Part shown: positions 51,326 to 60,781 of the stretch, in pieces
How the letters are laid out: each line of letters begins with the position of its first letter
Numbering within the stretch: position 1 is the first letter of the stretch
NCBI GenBank assembly: GCA_017617355.1
Contig: JAFZWI010000002.1
Location: 19,640 to 83,639 of the forward strand
Length of the DNA stretch: 64,000 nucleotides
Reading direction: 5' to 3'
From: Salinivirgaceae bacterium
GTDB taxonomy: Bacteria > Bacteroidota > Bacteroidia > Bacteroidales > SZUA-534
The notes under the pieces: generated by a model
What the model was told of the DNA's origin: nothing
What the model saw: only the letters and a program-made list of their open reading frames with translations
The model's database searches: none
Program-made: the position numbers and the translations under genes

Positions 51326-53554
51326 ATGGACTTATTTGAAGAAAACAACAACGATTTAGGAGCTATCATCAACTACTCCAGCTATTTCAAAGAGAAAAAG
51401 CCGTGCTTTTCGTTTGAGAGCAACTACGACAACAAGCACATCAACAACCTTGCGCCCGACAGCAACATTCCCGACAGCTTGATTGAAACAATCAACAAGG
51501 GCATTACGTTGGAGCAACTGAACGAGGTTAGCCACTTGCCGGTGTGCCACTACAAAACGCAGATAACTATCCACGGCATTTGCCCCACGCTGAAATCAAA
51601 CAAGGTTTACGGATATTCGGCGCTGGTTATCAACAACAACAAATCGCTTGGTGTGCGCTGGTTGGCCATCGACCGCAAAAAGAAAAACCGCATTGCCGAT
51701 TACGTTGGCGAATACGGCTGGCGAACATTTGAGGATTCGCAGGTCTATTGCTATTCCAAAGAATTTGAATATGACAAAGACGAGAAACAAGAGGTTTACA
51801 ACAAGTTGGTTAACAAACTGAATAAGATAGACCGTTCACTGTTCTACGGCTACATTGATATTTTGGACTACGACTATTCGCGTAGCAGCTGGGTAATATC
51901 CAACTCAAAAAGCAACTTTGAGGTGGTTATTTATCTGCAAGGCATTTACGAGCAAAACATACAAGCGTTTTTGGAAAGCGTTTGCGACGATAGCTGGGCA
52001 AACATCGAGGCCAAATACGAAGAATTTAAGCAGCGTATGGAGCAACGCCGCGCCGAAGCCGAACAAGAGAAAAAGGAGCGCGAGAAACGCCGCCAAGAGG
52101 CCGACGCTGCCTACAAACAATGGTGCGCCGACAATCCGTTCCCCGAAAAGTTTGTGAAAATGGACTTTAGCGAGTTGCAGGCTGGCGATATTATCGGCTA
52201 CTACCGACAAATGTCCGAGGGTGGCATTAAAATCTACCTTGAACTGTTTTTGAACTGGAAACGGCTTTGCTACCGCAGCTACAATTACGAAAAAGGCGAA
52301 TACACAATCAAAAGCGGCCACGTTCTTGAACGCAAAGATTTGCCCGAAGAATTTTGGGTATGGCGGCGCGAAGCCGCAACGCCGTCGGCAACCGCCACAG
52401 CTTCGGCGCGGCCATCACACGGCGACGCTGTTGAGATTGTGGACTACGGCGACAACGAGGTGGCCGTTTTGGGCTACACCAAGCACAAATATTTGGAGTT
52501 GAAGAATTTGGGCGGTGGCCGCTGGAACAAATACATTAGAATCGACGGACGGCCAATGGCGCAGGGTTGGTGCTTTCCGCGCCACAAACGCGCCGAGCTT
52601 GAAAAAATGTTCGGCATTGAGGCCAACAGCCAACCGGCAGAGCCGCAACCGGCCAAAGAAGAACCGCAGCCCCAACCGGCAACCGATGAGCCGAAATTCA
52701 AAAACGGCGAGCGTGTTTGGTATTATGGCGACGGCGCAGACGGCAGGGCAAACGGCTGGCAAGTATCAATTCTTTTCTACCGTAACGGCAAGTATATGGT
52801 GCATTGGGAATCGCTACGCGGCGGCAAAGCACAATTCTACGCCGATGAGAGCGAATTGAGCCGAGAGCCGCGCAACCAAGACGAACCCGACCGCACAAAC
52901 CGCCTTAAAGCCGCAAAAGCAAAAGCACACGAACTCTATTTGTATGCCCAACACAACATTCCTGCGCCGAAAGAATCGGGCATTGACGGATTGGACGATG
53001 ATTTAATAGAAATGAAAAAGCGCGTTGCCAACTGGCTTTCCGAGGAAACTCTATCGCAAGCGAGAGGAAAATCGAAAGACGAAATATACAAGATATTCGA
53101 CAACACCCCACTACCAATAGCATACATACCCAAACGGTTTGCGGACTTGATTGACAGCGAATTAACCGACTTGTATGTTTATTCGGGAAAGGCTTATTTT
53201 GTTGACCACGCCGTAAACCATCACGGTAACATTTCCTCGGATAAATATTTATTGATTCAAGACATACTAAACGAACCCGATGAGATAAGGAAAACCCTTA
53301 TTGATGGCCGGGATTCATACGTGTTTACCAAAAGATTTACACGATACAATGCTGTTGTAATCACTATTGAGGTTACTGAAAACGGCAAGATGATATTACA
53401 TAAATCATTCTTTGACCAAAAGAAAAGGCCGTATGCGAATAAAGGCATACGGCTTTATAGCTTACCGTCGGGGGGCGGCGACCTTCCACACCTACAAGGG
53501 TGTTCCCCCATCATTCGTGCCAAAAGCACACGGCAGCAGCCTTCCTGCTCTTGA
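51326..53554 (+). CDS. multidomain protein; the C-terminal domain resembles phage PBECR/RelE-barnase-type nucleases
   Basis: 742 aa. The parts in order are an AT-rich N-domain, a charged coiled coil, a small domain (AVEIVDYGDNEVAVLGYTKHKYLELKNLGGGRWN...GWCF), an SH3-like module and the helix motif RLKAAKAKAHELYLYAQH. The C-terminus is YFVDHAVNHHGN...ILNEPDEI...YNAVVITIEV...MILHKSFF. Confidence 0.55.
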   Translation: MDLFEENNNDLGAIINYSSYFKEKKPCFSFESNYDNKHINNLAPDSNIPDSLIETINKGITLEQLNEVSHLPVCHYKTQITIHGICPTLKSNKVYGYSALVINNNKSLGVRWLAIDRKKKNRIADYVGEYGWRTFEDSQVYCYSKEFEYDKDEKQEVYNKLVNKLNKIDRSLFYGYIDILDYDYSRSSWVISNSKSNFEVVIYLQGIYEQNIQAFLESVCDDSWANIEAKYEEFKQRMEQRRAEAEQEKKEREKRRQEADAAYKQWCADNPFPEKFVKMDFSELQAGDIIGYYRQMSEGGIKIYLELFLNWKRLCYRSYNYEKGEYTIKSGHVLERKDLPEEFWVWRREAATPSATATASARPSHGDAVEIVDYGDNEVAVLGYTKHKYLELKNLGGGRWNKYIRIDGRPMAQGWCFPRHKRAELEKMFGIEANSQPAEPQPAKEEPQPQPATDEPKFKNGERVWYYGDGADGRANGWQVSILFYRNGKYMVHWESLRGGKAQFYADESELSREPRNQDEPDRTNRLKAAKAKAHELYLYAQHNIPAPKESGIDGLDDDLIEMKKRVANWLSEETLSQARGKSKDEIYKIFDNTPLPIAYIPKRFADLIDSELTDLYVYSGKAYFVDHAVNHHGNISSDKYLLIQDILNEPDEIRKTLIDGRDSYVFTKRFTRYNAVVITIEVTENGKMILHKSFFDQKKRPYANKGIRLYSLPSGGGDLPHLQGCSPIIRAKSTRQQPSCS

Positions 53555-53610
53555 CGGCATTGCAAACATAGCAAATAATTCAATATGAAATCATTAAATA
53601 TCAATAAAAA

Positions 53611-56600
53611 ATGAAACTAATTGAAATTCAAGAACAATTCTTTAGGTTGAAAAACCGCAACGGCGTGTTTTTCTGCACCGAGGCCGAAACCGACGCTTGC
53701 CTAAACGTTAAGGCGGTTCACTACATTCAAGCCGACAGCAAAATGCGCTTGCCGCAAGACTGGCAAAACGCACGGACAATGACCCTGCGCGGCGACGATT
53801 TGCAAAACATTGTGCCGATGGGCGGCGGTTTGGGTATGGCCTACCAGCCAGCCTCAAAAATCCGCAAACTCGACACACAAACGCCCGACAGTATGGGCAA
53901 CGACATTCACAGCGCCCTTGCCAAGCTGACAAAGGCCGTGGGCGGCGATGTTACCGATTTTGTTTGTGAGCGTCTGCAATGGAGCAGAGAGGAAATTGAG
54001 GAACGATTGTTTGCCGAGCAAGTTGACGCGGTGGCGCTCATCATCTACAACTTTGAGGCGCGAGGCCAAGCTATGATTGTCGGCGACCAAACCGGCATTG
54101 GCAAAGGCCGTGTTGCTTCCAGCATTATACGCTACGCCATTGTTCACAACCTTATTCCAGTCTATTGCACCGAGAACGCCGGACTTTTCAGCGACAACTA
54201 CCGCGACTTGTGCGATATTGGCTGCGCCGACCTAAACCCGTTCATCATCAACAGCAGCACAAGCGGAACAACCAACGCCTGCATAACCACATTGGACGAA
54301 AACGATGAAAACGTTGTTGTTCACCGGCCAATCACTAACAAAAAGGCTAAAGAGGCTATTTTTAGGTCGGGCAAACTGCCAGCCGGTTACGACTACGTGC
54401 TGACAACCTACTCCCAGCTCAAAAACGCCTACAAAAAGACCAAAGACGGCACGGAAGAAGGCAGCGACATCAGCAAATACTACTTTTTGCTCGACCTTGC
54501 GCCTAACGCCGTGTTCATTTTCGACGAGAGCCACAATATTAGCGGCTCGAAAGCTGTGTCGGAAGAATGGTGGAATCCCGACGCGCCTATGACGATGGGC
54601 GGCTCAAACCAGTTCTATTGCTTCAATGAGCTTTGCAAAAAATCGAAATACGCCGTGTTCCTTTCGGCCACATTCGCCAAACGCCCCGAAAACCTTGTGG
54701 TTTACGCCGGACGCACTTGTATTATCGAGGCCGGACTGAAAGATGTAGAGCTGATTCAAGCCATTAGCGACGGCGGCGAGGCTTTGCAGGAAATCATATC
54801 AAGCGATATTGTTGGCGAGGGGCAGATGATTCGCCGCGAGAGTATCTACAAGAATATCAAGGTCAACTACATATATCTTGACAAAACCGGCGAAAAAGAG
54901 TTCGGCACACCCGACTTGGAAAAGCAGCACCGCAGTATGAGCGACTACGTTACCGACATTATCAACGAGATTAACAAGTTTGAGCAAGACTATGTGCAGC
55001 CGATTATCGACAATATGAACAGTAACGATTGGGGCGACCGCACAAGAAAAACCAGCGAAAAAACCGGCGCAAAACACACGCCGTTGTTCTCAAAGCTGTT
55101 TAACATTGTCAACCAGTTGCTTTTCTCAATCAAGGCCGAGGCGGTTGCCGACCACGCCATACGCCGTTTGAACGAGGGCAAAAAGGTTGTTATCGGCCTT
55201 TCATCGACAATGGAAGCGTTTGTAAAAACGCTGCTTGACGAGGACGATGATGATGATAAGGACGGACTGAAAGGATTGTTGGGCATTGACTACGAAAAAG
55301 GCGAGATTTCGTGCGATTTCGCGCTTGTTTTGGATAAGGCGCTCGACAACACACTGAAATACACCACCGACGGCGAGGGCGGCTACCACGTTAAAGACGC
55401 TATTGATGTCAGCGAATTGTCGCCCGACGGCCAAGATGAGTATTTGCGGCTGAAAAACCGCATTGCCGCCGCTTCGTCGGGCATTAGCATTTCGCCCATT
55501 GATATAATCGTGCAGAAGATTGAGGCCGCTGTCAACCCCGAAACCGGCGAACACTGGCGCGTTACCGAGGTAACTGGCCGCAAGCACTATATCCGCTTTA
55601 CTAACAAACAAGGCACACGCGGCGTTATTGAGCCGCGCAAGAAACTGACGCGCAACATTGCTTTCTCTCAATTCCAAAACAATCAAAGCGATGTGCTGAT
55701 TATCAACGCCAGCGGCGCAACCGGCGCGTCGGCTCACGCCACCACCAAAAACACCAATTTGAGGCCGGAGCAAGTGAAACCGCGAGTGATGATTATTGCA
55801 CAAACCGAACTTGATGTGAACAAAGAGGTGCAGAAGCGAGGCCGCATTAACCGCACCGGCCAAATCAAGACTTTGCCGCCGTCGTATGACTACCTTATTT
55901 CGGCAATTCCGGCAGAGAAGCGACTGATGATGATGTTGCAGAAGAAACTCAAATCGCTGGACGCTAACTCCACCTCAAACCAAAAACAATCGACCACGGT
56001 TATTGATGTGCCGGACTTTTTCAACAAATACGGCAACCGTATCGCTTACGACTATTTGATTGAAAACCCCTTAATCAACGCCAAACTGAACGACGCGGCT
56101 AAAGCGCCGGAAAAGGAAGATGGCAAGGCTGATGTTCCGGGCGATTTTCTAAAGAAAGTGTCGGGCTACGTGCCGTTGCTCACCTGCGAGGAACAAGAGG
56201 ACTTTTACAACACCATTCTCGACAACTACTTGAAATACATTGACAACCTAAAGAAAAAAGGCGAATACGACTTGGAAGTGGAAGCAATGGACTTGGACGC
56301 GGAGCTGATTGGTGAGCTGAAGCCGCTTGTTGGCGCTTCGGCTGGCGAGAGCAAATTCGCCGACGCTGCCTATCAAGGCACTTACCGCTGCAAGGTTCTG
56401 CGTAAGCCCTACTCACAAGGCGAGGTTACAGCAATGTTGCGAAACTACTGCGGCAACTCCGACGGCAAGACAATAGCCAAAACGCTGGCCGACGATTTCC
56501 GCAAATACTACACCGATGAGCTTGAAGCCGACCGACTGGCAATGAAAGAGGCCGGACTGAAAGCCATTGAGGACGCACGTAAATCGATAGCCAAAAAAGG

Positions 56601-57717
56601 CGGCAGCGAAGCTGACAAAAACGAGGCCGAGGCTCTTGTAAAGGAAAACTACCGCCAAATGTGGGCTGACGCAGAGGCCAAAATCGAGCGAAAGCGAAGC
56701 AAGGCGCGGTTTATTGAGTTCTTCTATGCAGGACGCGCTTGCATTGTCGATGGCGACACCAACACAAGGGCGATTTGTTTGGGTGCGGAGATTGGCAACA
56801 AGGCCAAAAACAAATACGCTCCATCAAATATTTCAATATCGTTTGCCGTGGCAAGCAGCGTTAAATCGCTGGAGTACAACATTGCCGACAAAGACACACG
56901 CGAGCTGGAAGCCATTATGGGCTTGTCGGCTGGCATTAGCGGCGGCTACTACGACACCACCGACTACGGCCAAAAGTATCTTGAAAACTGGCCGCAATAC
57001 TGCAAAGAGGCAACCAGCGACACCGAGCTTCGGGTAATCATTGTGGGCAACATTCTGCGCGGCTACAAGAGCGCACCCGAACACTCAAAACTCATTTCGT
57101 TCACCACTCACGACGGCAACGTGCTGAAAGGTCTGCTTGTGCCGAAACAAGCCTTTGACGACGATAAAGGCAACAGCACAACAACCAAGCTGCTTATGAC
57201 AAAATACTCCGTGCTGAAATTCAAACCGGTTATGGAGCGAATGTTCGGCAATTACGGTGAGAAGCAAACAGTCAACCTCACACGCGGTATGAAGCTGGAT
57301 ATTGAGGGCGGCTCATTCACTCTGCGCTGTACGGTGCAAGCCACATTCAAAAAGCTGGAAAAACTGCAAGACTGGCTCGACATCAGCCCCGACGGACGCG
57401 GTTTTGTTTCAAAGAGCGACAACTGGCAAATCCGTTTCTACGACCGCGACCGATTCGACGCTGTTTGTGAATTGCTTGAAAAATACCAATTCCAAGTTGA
57501 ATTGCAGCCTATTGAGGCCGAGCGCTATTTCGGAAAGCAGACGCACACGCTCAAACAAGGCAACTGGAAACCGCTGAAAACCGACCCAGCCAACATTCCG
57601 GCCACCGGCGAGAACGGCAGCGCCCAATACAACAACGGCAAACGGACATTGCAGCTTGCCAAAGCAAAGGAAAAGGCGCGACAACTGTTGAAATACGCAC
57701 AGCGATACACACGATAA
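53611..57717 (+). CDS. strawberry-notch-type SF2 helicase (DarB helicase-like)
   Basis: 1368 aa with GDQTGIGKGR (motif I, Sno-type), IFDESHNISG (DExH), INASGATGASAHA and RGRINRTGQ (motif VI). The C-terminus ends with KRTLQLAKAKEKARQLLKYAQRY. Confidence 0.8.
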   Translation: MKLIEIQEQFFRLKNRNGVFFCTEAETDACLNVKAVHYIQADSKMRLPQDWQNARTMTLRGDDLQNIVPMGGGLGMAYQPASKIRKLDTQTPDSMGNDIHSALAKLTKAVGGDVTDFVCERLQWSREEIEERLFAEQVDAVALIIYNFEARGQAMIVGDQTGIGKGRVASSIIRYAIVHNLIPVYCTENAGLFSDNYRDLCDIGCADLNPFIINSSTSGTTNACITTLDENDENVVVHRPITNKKAKEAIFRSGKLPAGYDYVLTTYSQLKNAYKKTKDGTEEGSDISKYYFLLDLAPNAVFIFDESHNISGSKAVSEEWWNPDAPMTMGGSNQFYCFNELCKKSKYAVFLSATFAKRPENLVVYAGRTCIIEAGLKDVELIQAISDGGEALQEIISSDIVGEGQMIRRESIYKNIKVNYIYLDKTGEKEFGTPDLEKQHRSMSDYVTDIINEINKFEQDYVQPIIDNMNSNDWGDRTRKTSEKTGAKHTPLFSKLFNIVNQLLFSIKAEAVADHAIRRLNEGKKVVIGLSSTMEAFVKTLLDEDDDDDKDGLKGLLGIDYEKGEISCDFALVLDKALDNTLKYTTDGEGGYHVKDAIDVSELSPDGQDEYLRLKNRIAAASSGISISPIDIIVQKIEAAVNPETGEHWRVTEVTGRKHYIRFTNKQGTRGVIEPRKKLTRNIAFSQFQNNQSDVLIINASGATGASAHATTKNTNLRPEQVKPRVMIIAQTELDVNKEVQKRGRINRTGQIKTLPPSYDYLISAIPAEKRLMMMLQKKLKSLDANSTSNQKQSTTVIDVPDFFNKYGNRIAYDYLIENPLINAKLNDAAKAPEKEDGKADVPGDFLKKVSGYVPLLTCEEQEDFYNTILDNYLKYIDNLKKKGEYDLEVEAMDLDAELIGELKPLVGASAGESKFADAAYQGTYRCKVLRKPYSQGEVTAMLRNYCGNSDGKTIAKTLADDFRKYYTDELEADRLAMKEAGLKAIEDARKSIAKKGGSEADKNEAEALVKENYRQMWADAEAKIERKRSKARFIEFFYAGRACIVDGDTNTRAICLGAEIGNKAKNKYAPSNISISFAVASSVKSLEYNIADKDTRELEAIMGLSAGISGGYYDTTDYGQKYLENWPQYCKEATSDTELRVIIVGNILRGYKSAPEHSKLISFTTHDGNVLKGLLVPKQAFDDDKGNSTTTKLLMTKYSVLKFKPVMERMFGNYGEKQTVNLTRGMKLDIEGGSFTLRCTVQATFKKLEKLQDWLDISPDGRGFVSKSDNWQIRFYDRDRFDAVCELLEKYQFQVELQPIEAERYFGKQTHTLKQGNWKPLKTDPANIPATGENGSAQYNNGKRTLQLAKAKEKARQLLKYAQRYTR

Positions 57718-57739
57718 TCGAACCTAAATACTTAATACA

Positions 57740-59602
57740 ATGATTACAAAACAAAATCTAAAAAGCGAATTTGAAAACTACAAACAGTTTTTAAAGAACG
57801 ATGAAATGCGCCAAAAGGTGCAGGAAGCTATCGAGATAAGCGAGTTCTACGGCGAGGACACCGACATAACACGCGCCGTTGACGCTATTTGCGAAATGGT
57901 GAACCGCTTTATCGACAAGGCCGACAAGTTTAAGCCCACAACGGCGAAAACACCGGCTGCAAAAAAGACCGAAAAGCGCAAGACGCTGGCCGACTATAAG
58001 TTTGCAAACAAATTTATGTGCGAGAGGCAGAAGCCGGTTGTGCGCGAGGGCTGGAGCGAATTGGAAAGCACCATTGCGCGGCTCGACAAGCAGCTGGCCG
58101 AAATGCCGAAGCTCTACAAACAAGAAAAGTTGGGCAAAAAGGCTATTGTGTACGCTCACTATTTCTTTGGCTCGACCGACATTTTTGTTACCGAGGCCGA
58201 CGATGAGCTGATGTTCGGTTACACAATTTTGAACGGCGACTGTCAAAGCAGCGAGTACGGCAACCAGTCGATTGAGGAAATAACCAACAGCAAGTATTGT
58301 GAGCTTGATTTCTATTGGGATAACAAGACACTGGAGCAAGCCCTATACGACTGCCACCCCGACTATTTCCCCGAACCTAAAACCGATGAACCGACCGAAA
58401 CCGACGAGGCCAAAGCGCGGCGCATACGTATTGCCGAGGCCGAGGCCGAAGCCGCCCTTGCCCTGCTGGAGCTTGTCAACCTTTCGGGCGTTGATGTGGC
58501 CGAAAGACCGCGAACAACCGACCTATTCGGCAATGAGCTGGAGCGCGACCGCTGGCAGAAACGCTGGGACGCACGGCGCAAAAAATACATTTACACCGAC
58601 AACGACGGCGAAGAATGGTACAAGAACGAGCGCGGCCACTATTGCCTGCTTAATGGCAACGATAGCGAGGATATACGCGACCACGCCGTAAACATTTTGC
58701 GCAACGAATTTCCGCAAGCGAAATACCGCGACGAGATTGAAGAATTTGTCGAAACAAGAGATGAGGACGAATTAAATGAGGACGATATAATTGACGATTT
58801 TATCGGCTGGCTTGGCGACGATATTGTTTATTTCCTTTGGGATAGATTTCCCGACTATCAAGACGAAGCCGACGAGTTCATTAACTCCGGCCATTGGGAC
58901 GATAACGTGAGCCGTTACGAAAACTTAAAAGCCTTTAAAAAGTGGCTCGATGACGAAATAGGCGAAACCGTAGGACACGGAAAGTTGTTTGATATTGAGG
59001 AACTGACCGACACCACTGGCCGCGTTACCCCTCTTTATAATATCGACAATAAAAATGATTATTTCAACCGCGAGGACTTGTCGTTTGTTATGAGGGAGCT
59101 GGGAGATTATCTGCCCAAACACAGCAAACACCTTGAGCGCGTTTGGATAGACGAAAACGACACCTACCGATTTGAGTTTGGCGAGGGTGCTTATACGGAA
59201 AACGCACCTGCCGACAAAAAGTGGTATATAAACGCCTTTAGAGCTATACAAGAGCGATTCCCAAGCGTATCGGACAGCTTTATTGAGGAATTTGTAGCCG
59301 ACGGCTGGGATAACACCGCCGAACTCTACGACAATTTGAAAGCCTTTAAAGAGTGGCTTGATGATAAAACCGGCAACACCGACGGCGGCGAGCTGTTTGA
59401 AGTTGGCTGGGAAGATTACGGCGCACAAGAGCGTGGCGTGTTAAGGCCGCTTTACACTATTAACGACCAATGGGGTGAGGACTACTCATTTGCAGAGCAA
59501 TGGCTGCGCGACACACTGGCCGTTGACAACCTTGCAATCGACCGTATGTGGATAAATGAAACCGACGGAACTTACGGATTCTTAACAAAATATGCGAAAT
59601 AA
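57740..59602 (+). CDS. DUF2958-like N-domain protein with a triplicated acidic module
   Basis: AIVYAHYFFGSTDIFVTEADDELMFGYTILNG...EYGNQSIEEI is DUF2958-like. It also has the linker RIRIAEAEAEAALALLEL and three copies of FP...EF[VI]...W[DG]...Y[ED]NLKAFK.WLDD. Confidence 0.6.
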   Translation: MITKQNLKSEFENYKQFLKNDEMRQKVQEAIEISEFYGEDTDITRAVDAICEMVNRFIDKADKFKPTTAKTPAAKKTEKRKTLADYKFANKFMCERQKPVVREGWSELESTIARLDKQLAEMPKLYKQEKLGKKAIVYAHYFFGSTDIFVTEADDELMFGYTILNGDCQSSEYGNQSIEEITNSKYCELDFYWDNKTLEQALYDCHPDYFPEPKTDEPTETDEAKARRIRIAEAEAEAALALLELVNLSGVDVAERPRTTDLFGNELERDRWQKRWDARRKKYIYTDNDGEEWYKNERGHYCLLNGNDSEDIRDHAVNILRNEFPQAKYRDEIEEFVETRDEDELNEDDIIDDFIGWLGDDIVYFLWDRFPDYQDEADEFINSGHWDDNVSRYENLKAFKKWLDDEIGETVGHGKLFDIEELTDTTGRVTPLYNIDNKNDYFNREDLSFVMRELGDYLPKHSKHLERVWIDENDTYRFEFGEGAYTENAPADKKWYINAFRAIQERFPSVSDSFIEEFVADGWDNTAELYDNLKAFKEWLDDKTGNTDGGELFEVGWEDYGAQERGVLRPLYTINDQWGEDYSFAEQWLRDTLAVDNLAIDRMWINETDGTYGFLTKYAK

Positions 59603-59633
59603 CTTATTTACAAACCTTTAAATTAAATTTAAA

Positions 59634-60725
59634 ATGAAACTACAAGGAAAAACATTGGCAGAGGACATCAAGAAAGTGCAACTGCCAGCCGAACTGCAAA
59701 ACTTTTACAACGACCACATTGCAAAGAATGTGGACTTGTACGGCGAAGCGCCGACCGTTACCAAACTGATTGACGCTTGGCTTGAAAAGGCCAACGCCTA
59801 TCTTGAAGCAAACGCCCCGAAAGCCGAGCCGAAGAAAGAAGAACCAAAGGCCGAGCCAAAAAAGGACACCGAACACGTAAAGGTGGTAGCTCCCAAAAAG
59901 CCGCAACCAAAGGCCGAGCCTAAAAAAGAAGAGCCGAAAGCAGAGCCAAAGGCAGAGCCGAAAGCAGAGCCTAAAAAGGCCGGAAAAAAATCGGGTAAGA
60001 AAGTGCCTGCCGCTTTATTCAAGACCGGCGCGTGGGTGATTGACAACAACAGCGAAAAGGCTGGCGTTATCAGCGAGAAACTGCGCTACGACGATGAGCG
60101 CGGCTGCTGGCTCTATCATATCGAATATGTCGGCTCAAAGGAGCAATCGCTTGTAGCCGAGTGCGACCTTGCACGAACACGCGCACCGCGCACCGTAGCC
60201 ACCACTGGCGAACTTGTGCCGGAGCTGTCGGCTGAAATCAAGATTATCAAGCGTTACATCGCATTGGACGGCAAAAAGTTGAGCAAGTTGGGCAACGAGC
60301 CGCGCCTTGCGCTTGCAGCCTTGCAGAAGATGATTATCAACAAGCAGATTCGCAAGACCAGCAAGTATGCCAAGTATATCAACGATATGCAGGACAGCCT
60401 CATTAAGCTTGTCAACAGCCGTGCAAAGGACGCTGAAATAACAATCAACCACATCGACGAACTCCGCAAGATTGTCGCCAAGCAGAACATCAGCGAAATC
60501 TCAAACATATCGCGAGCTTTCGTCGCCCTTATCGGCAAAGACAACAAGCAGAAAGAGGCCAAATCGCTCTACGAAAAGTTGTTAAAGTACAATTTCAAAG
60601 GCGACGATTCAGCCGAGGCCGCAACGATGAAAAAGGCGCTGAAAGCCTACATCGACGGCGAGAACGAAACCGTTTACGCCACAGCGCGTGAGCTGCAAGG
60701 TATTTTCGGCCTTGCCGGTATTTAG
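59634..60725 (+). CDS. K/E/P-rich protein with an SH3-like module
   Basis: 363 aa with PKAEPKKEEPKAEPKK repeats. FKTGAWVIDNNSEKAGVISEKLRYDDERGCWLYHIEYVG; the C-terminus is ARELQGIFGLAGI. Confidence 0.6.
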   Translation: MKLQGKTLAEDIKKVQLPAELQNFYNDHIAKNVDLYGEAPTVTKLIDAWLEKANAYLEANAPKAEPKKEEPKAEPKKDTEHVKVVAPKKPQPKAEPKKEEPKAEPKAEPKAEPKKAGKKSGKKVPAALFKTGAWVIDNNSEKAGVISEKLRYDDERGCWLYHIEYVGSKEQSLVAECDLARTRAPRTVATTGELVPELSAEIKIIKRYIALDGKKLSKLGNEPRLALAALQKMIINKQIRKTSKYAKYINDMQDSLIKLVNSRAKDAEITINHIDELRKIVAKQNISEISNISRAFVALIGKDNKQKEAKSLYEKLLKYNFKGDDSAEAATMKKALKAYIDGENETVYATARELQGIFGLAGI

Positions 60726-60781
60726 TTAATAACCGAGTGCAGGGGGCGTTTCGGCGCTCTCTGCATTTTTTAAAACAACGA

